Source: a virus. From it: DNA of 42,825 bases. This document shows positions 41,201 to 42,825 of the stretch, in pieces. The DNA is taken from IMG/VR virus record IMGVR_UViG_3300045988_031260. One strand, written 5' to 3'. The translations under genes and the position numbers were made by a program. The notes under the pieces are model-generated. The model searched no databases and was not told the origin of the DNA. It saw nothing but the letters and a program-made list of their open reading frames with translations. Position 1 is the first letter of the stretch; every line of letters begins with the position of its first letter.

Positions 41201-41812
41201 ATGGATAACGGTATGTCCCTTAGCGATATTGCCGCTGTGACACGGGGAGCGAATGATGAGAACGGCTGGGGGTCCGGATGGTTCCTTATCGTAGTTCTGT
41301 TCCTGTTCATGTTCGGCTTCGGCGGAAATGGCTGGAATCGTCAGGGCGAGTTCGGGGAGTATGCCACCGCTGCAAGCCAGCAGGAGATCTTATTCGGCCA
41401 GCAGTTCGGCCAGGTCAACGACCGTCTGACCAACATCGGCAACGGCATCTGCAATCTTGGTTACGAGATGCAGGGCAACATCGGTCAGTTGGGCAAGGAG
41501 ATGGCTTTGGCGCAGAATGGCACCAACATGACCATCATGCAGACCGGCAACAGCATCCAGAGCCAGATGGCGCAGTGCTGCTGCGACACCAAGCGAGCCA
41601 TTGACGGCGTAAACGCCAACATCGACGCGAAGTTTGCGGCTCTGGAGAAGTCCCAGCTTGAGCAGCGCATTGCGGAGCAGTCTGCCCGCATTGCCAGCCT
41701 TGAGATGGATAACCGGATGTATGGCGTAGTCCGCTATCCCAACGGCTACACCTACAATGCCGGTAATTCCCCCTTCTGCGGCTGCAATAGCTGCTGCGGC
41801 GCAAACATCTGA
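41201..41812 (+). CDS. Membrane protein with a Gly/aromatic TM segment, Q/N-rich coiled region and Cys clusters
   Basis: GWGSGWFLIVVLFLFMFGFGGNGW, QCCCD and C-terminal FCGCNSCCGANI. AAAGGAG RBS. Confidence 0.7.
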   Translation: MDNGMSLSDIAAVTRGANDENGWGSGWFLIVVLFLFMFGFGGNGWNRQGEFGEYATAASQQEILFGQQFGQVNDRLTNIGNGICNLGYEMQGNIGQLGKEMALAQNGTNMTIMQTGNSIQSQMAQCCCDTKRAIDGVNANIDAKFAALEKSQLEQRIAEQSARIASLEMDNRMYGVVRYPNGYTYNAGNSPFCGCNSCCGANI

Positions 41813-41844
41813 CAAAAGCGAAAGGCCCCTCTTGGCCGGGTTAT

Positions 41845-41876
41845 GGGCGGGGCTGGTGTCCCGCCCTCTTTATTTT
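41845..41876 (+). terminator. Intra-operon intrinsic terminator / attenuator
   Basis: GGGCGGGG/TCCCGCCC stem followed by TCTTTATTTT. Confidence 0.7.
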
Positions 41877-41892
41877 GAAAGGAGATTTTATA

Positions 41893-42297
41893 ATGTCTTG
41901 CAAATCCGCTATTTACACTGCCATGCAGACCCCTACGGAAGTTACCGTAAATGGCGTTATCCCTCTGGGAAGTCTGATCCGCCGCTACGGCTGCGATATT
42001 TCCCTGAACGGGAATGCTGTAAACATCGTTGGCAAGGGCTATTATGATGTGGATGTTTCCGTCACCGCTGCGCCCTCCGCTGCCGGAACTGTCACCGCCA
42101 CGCTCATCAAGGACGGCGTTGTTGTCCCCGGCGCGACTGCATCCGCCACCGCTTCTGCGGCTGGCGATTCTGCAGTGCTGGCGTTCCCCGCGCTTGTGCG
42201 GCAGGCTTGCTGCGCTTCTGGCTCTGCTCTGTCTCTGGTTCTGACCGGCGCAGCATCCACCGTCAACAATGTCGCCATGCGTGTACAGCGCATTTGA
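41893..42297 (+). CDS. C1q/TNF-like jelly-roll protein resembling the BclA C-terminal (exosporium) domain
   Basis: The pattern NIVGKGYYDVDVSVTA...TATLIKDGVVVPGA...LSLVLTGAASTVNNVAMRVQRI parallels the BclA C-terminal domain. AAAGGAG RBS. Confidence 0.55.
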   Translation: MSCKSAIYTAMQTPTEVTVNGVIPLGSLIRRYGCDISLNGNAVNIVGKGYYDVDVSVTAAPSAAGTVTATLIKDGVVVPGATASATASAAGDSAVLAFPALVRQACCASGSALSLVLTGAASTVNNVAMRVQRI

Positions 42298-42305
42298 GGT
42301 ACGCC

Positions 42306-42614
42306 ATGAAACTGATCGAAAAGCTCTCTGAAATGGTCGAGGAGGAAATCGGCGATGCAAAGAAGTACGCAAAGTGCGCGCTGAAGTACAAAGACGCCGA
42401 CCCCACCCTTGCAAAGCTGTTTTATGACCTTTCCACGGAGGAAATGCGCCACATGGATTTGCTACACGGGGAAGTAATGCGGCAGATCGAGCAGTACCGA
42501 AAAACAAAAGGAGAGCCGCCCGAATCCATGCAGGCTGTTTATGATTACCTGCACGAGCGGCAGATCGAAGAAGCGAGAGAGGTTAAAACCTATCAGGCAA
42601 TGTATCGCGGTTGA
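42306..42614 (+). CDS. Small four-helix-bundle, ferritin/rubrerythrin-like protein
   Basis: EEEIGDAKKY and STEEMRHMDLLH (ExxH) motifs. GAGGT RBS. Confidence 0.5.
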   Translation: MKLIEKLSEMVEEEIGDAKKYAKCALKYKDADPTLAKLFYDLSTEEMRHMDLLHGEVMRQIEQYRKTKGEPPESMQAVYDYLHERQIEEAREVKTYQAMYRG

Positions 42615-42649
42615 TTTTGTGGACGAGCCTACTGGTAAAGTGATAGCAA

Positions 42650-42661
42650 TTTGTTAGTAAC
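42650..42661 (+). repeat. TTTGTTAGTAAC copy; candidate integrase arm-type site (P arm)
   Basis: 12/12 identical to 147-158, ~110 bp upstream of the tRNA-derived core. Confidence 0.45.
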
Positions 42662-42726
42662 CCAAACGATACAAAACGGTATATTGCAACATTTTACGGC
42701 ATAAACCGTAGCAAAAATTGTATAAT

Positions 42727-42825
42727 ATCGAATTAATATCACAATATACTGTATTTTGCAAAGCGGCTTACGCCTTTTAAGCAGGGTGTCTGGGGTTCGA
42801 ATCCCCAACGGGGCACCAAAAAAGC
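42727..42825. repeat. Right copy of the 99-bp terminal direct repeat
   Basis: Identical to 1-99. True repeat length cannot be judged because the window ends here. Confidence 0.95.
42772..42818 (+). other. Second copy of the tRNA-Lys(UUU) 3' fragment, inside the terminal repeat
   Basis: Same sequence as 46-92. Confidence 0.8.

Overview
The window is one complete, circularly closed temperate siphovirus-type phage (or excised prophage) of 42,726 bp, because bases 1-99 recur exactly at 42727-42825. From left to right it holds:

- An attP-like 3' fragment of tRNA-Lys(UUU) with a bidirectional terminator.
- A leftward lysogeny module: tyrosine integrase, membrane-anchored XRE protein and CI-like repressor.
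- A small structured-RNA cassette with its own promoter and terminator. It sits inside a perfect inverted repeat between the cI-like and cro-like genes.
- A rightward early operon: Cro-like, Xis-like, DUF551-like paralogs, Rad52/Sak-type annealase, NinB-like, HNH-like, SSB, a replisome-organizer-like gene with internal iterons, and RusA.
- Two paralogous ~1.5-kb modules that bracket a DNA-modification cassette. The cassette holds a circularly permuted C5-cytosine methyltransferase, a phage Dam-type N6-adenine methyltransferase broken by a G8 tract, and a PAPS-reductase/PP-loop protein.
- A RinA-like regulator.
- A ~725-bp ORF-free, hairpin-dense region containing a tRNA-like element with a non-canonical anticodon region.
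- terS, then a 3.8-kb island inserted between terS and terL. The island holds a GCGACT iteron array, a leftward 4-gene operon, face-to-face promoters, a serine recombinase and a membrane-anchored protein.
- terL, portal, scaffold, major capsid, connector and tail genes with a G/GT -1 frameshift, tape measure, tail-tip and fibre genes, holin and amidase endolysin.
- A terminal accessory operon next to att whose products resemble spore-surface proteins.

I found no rRNA and no CRISPR array. All family assignments rest on motifs read by eye from the translations; no database search was run.
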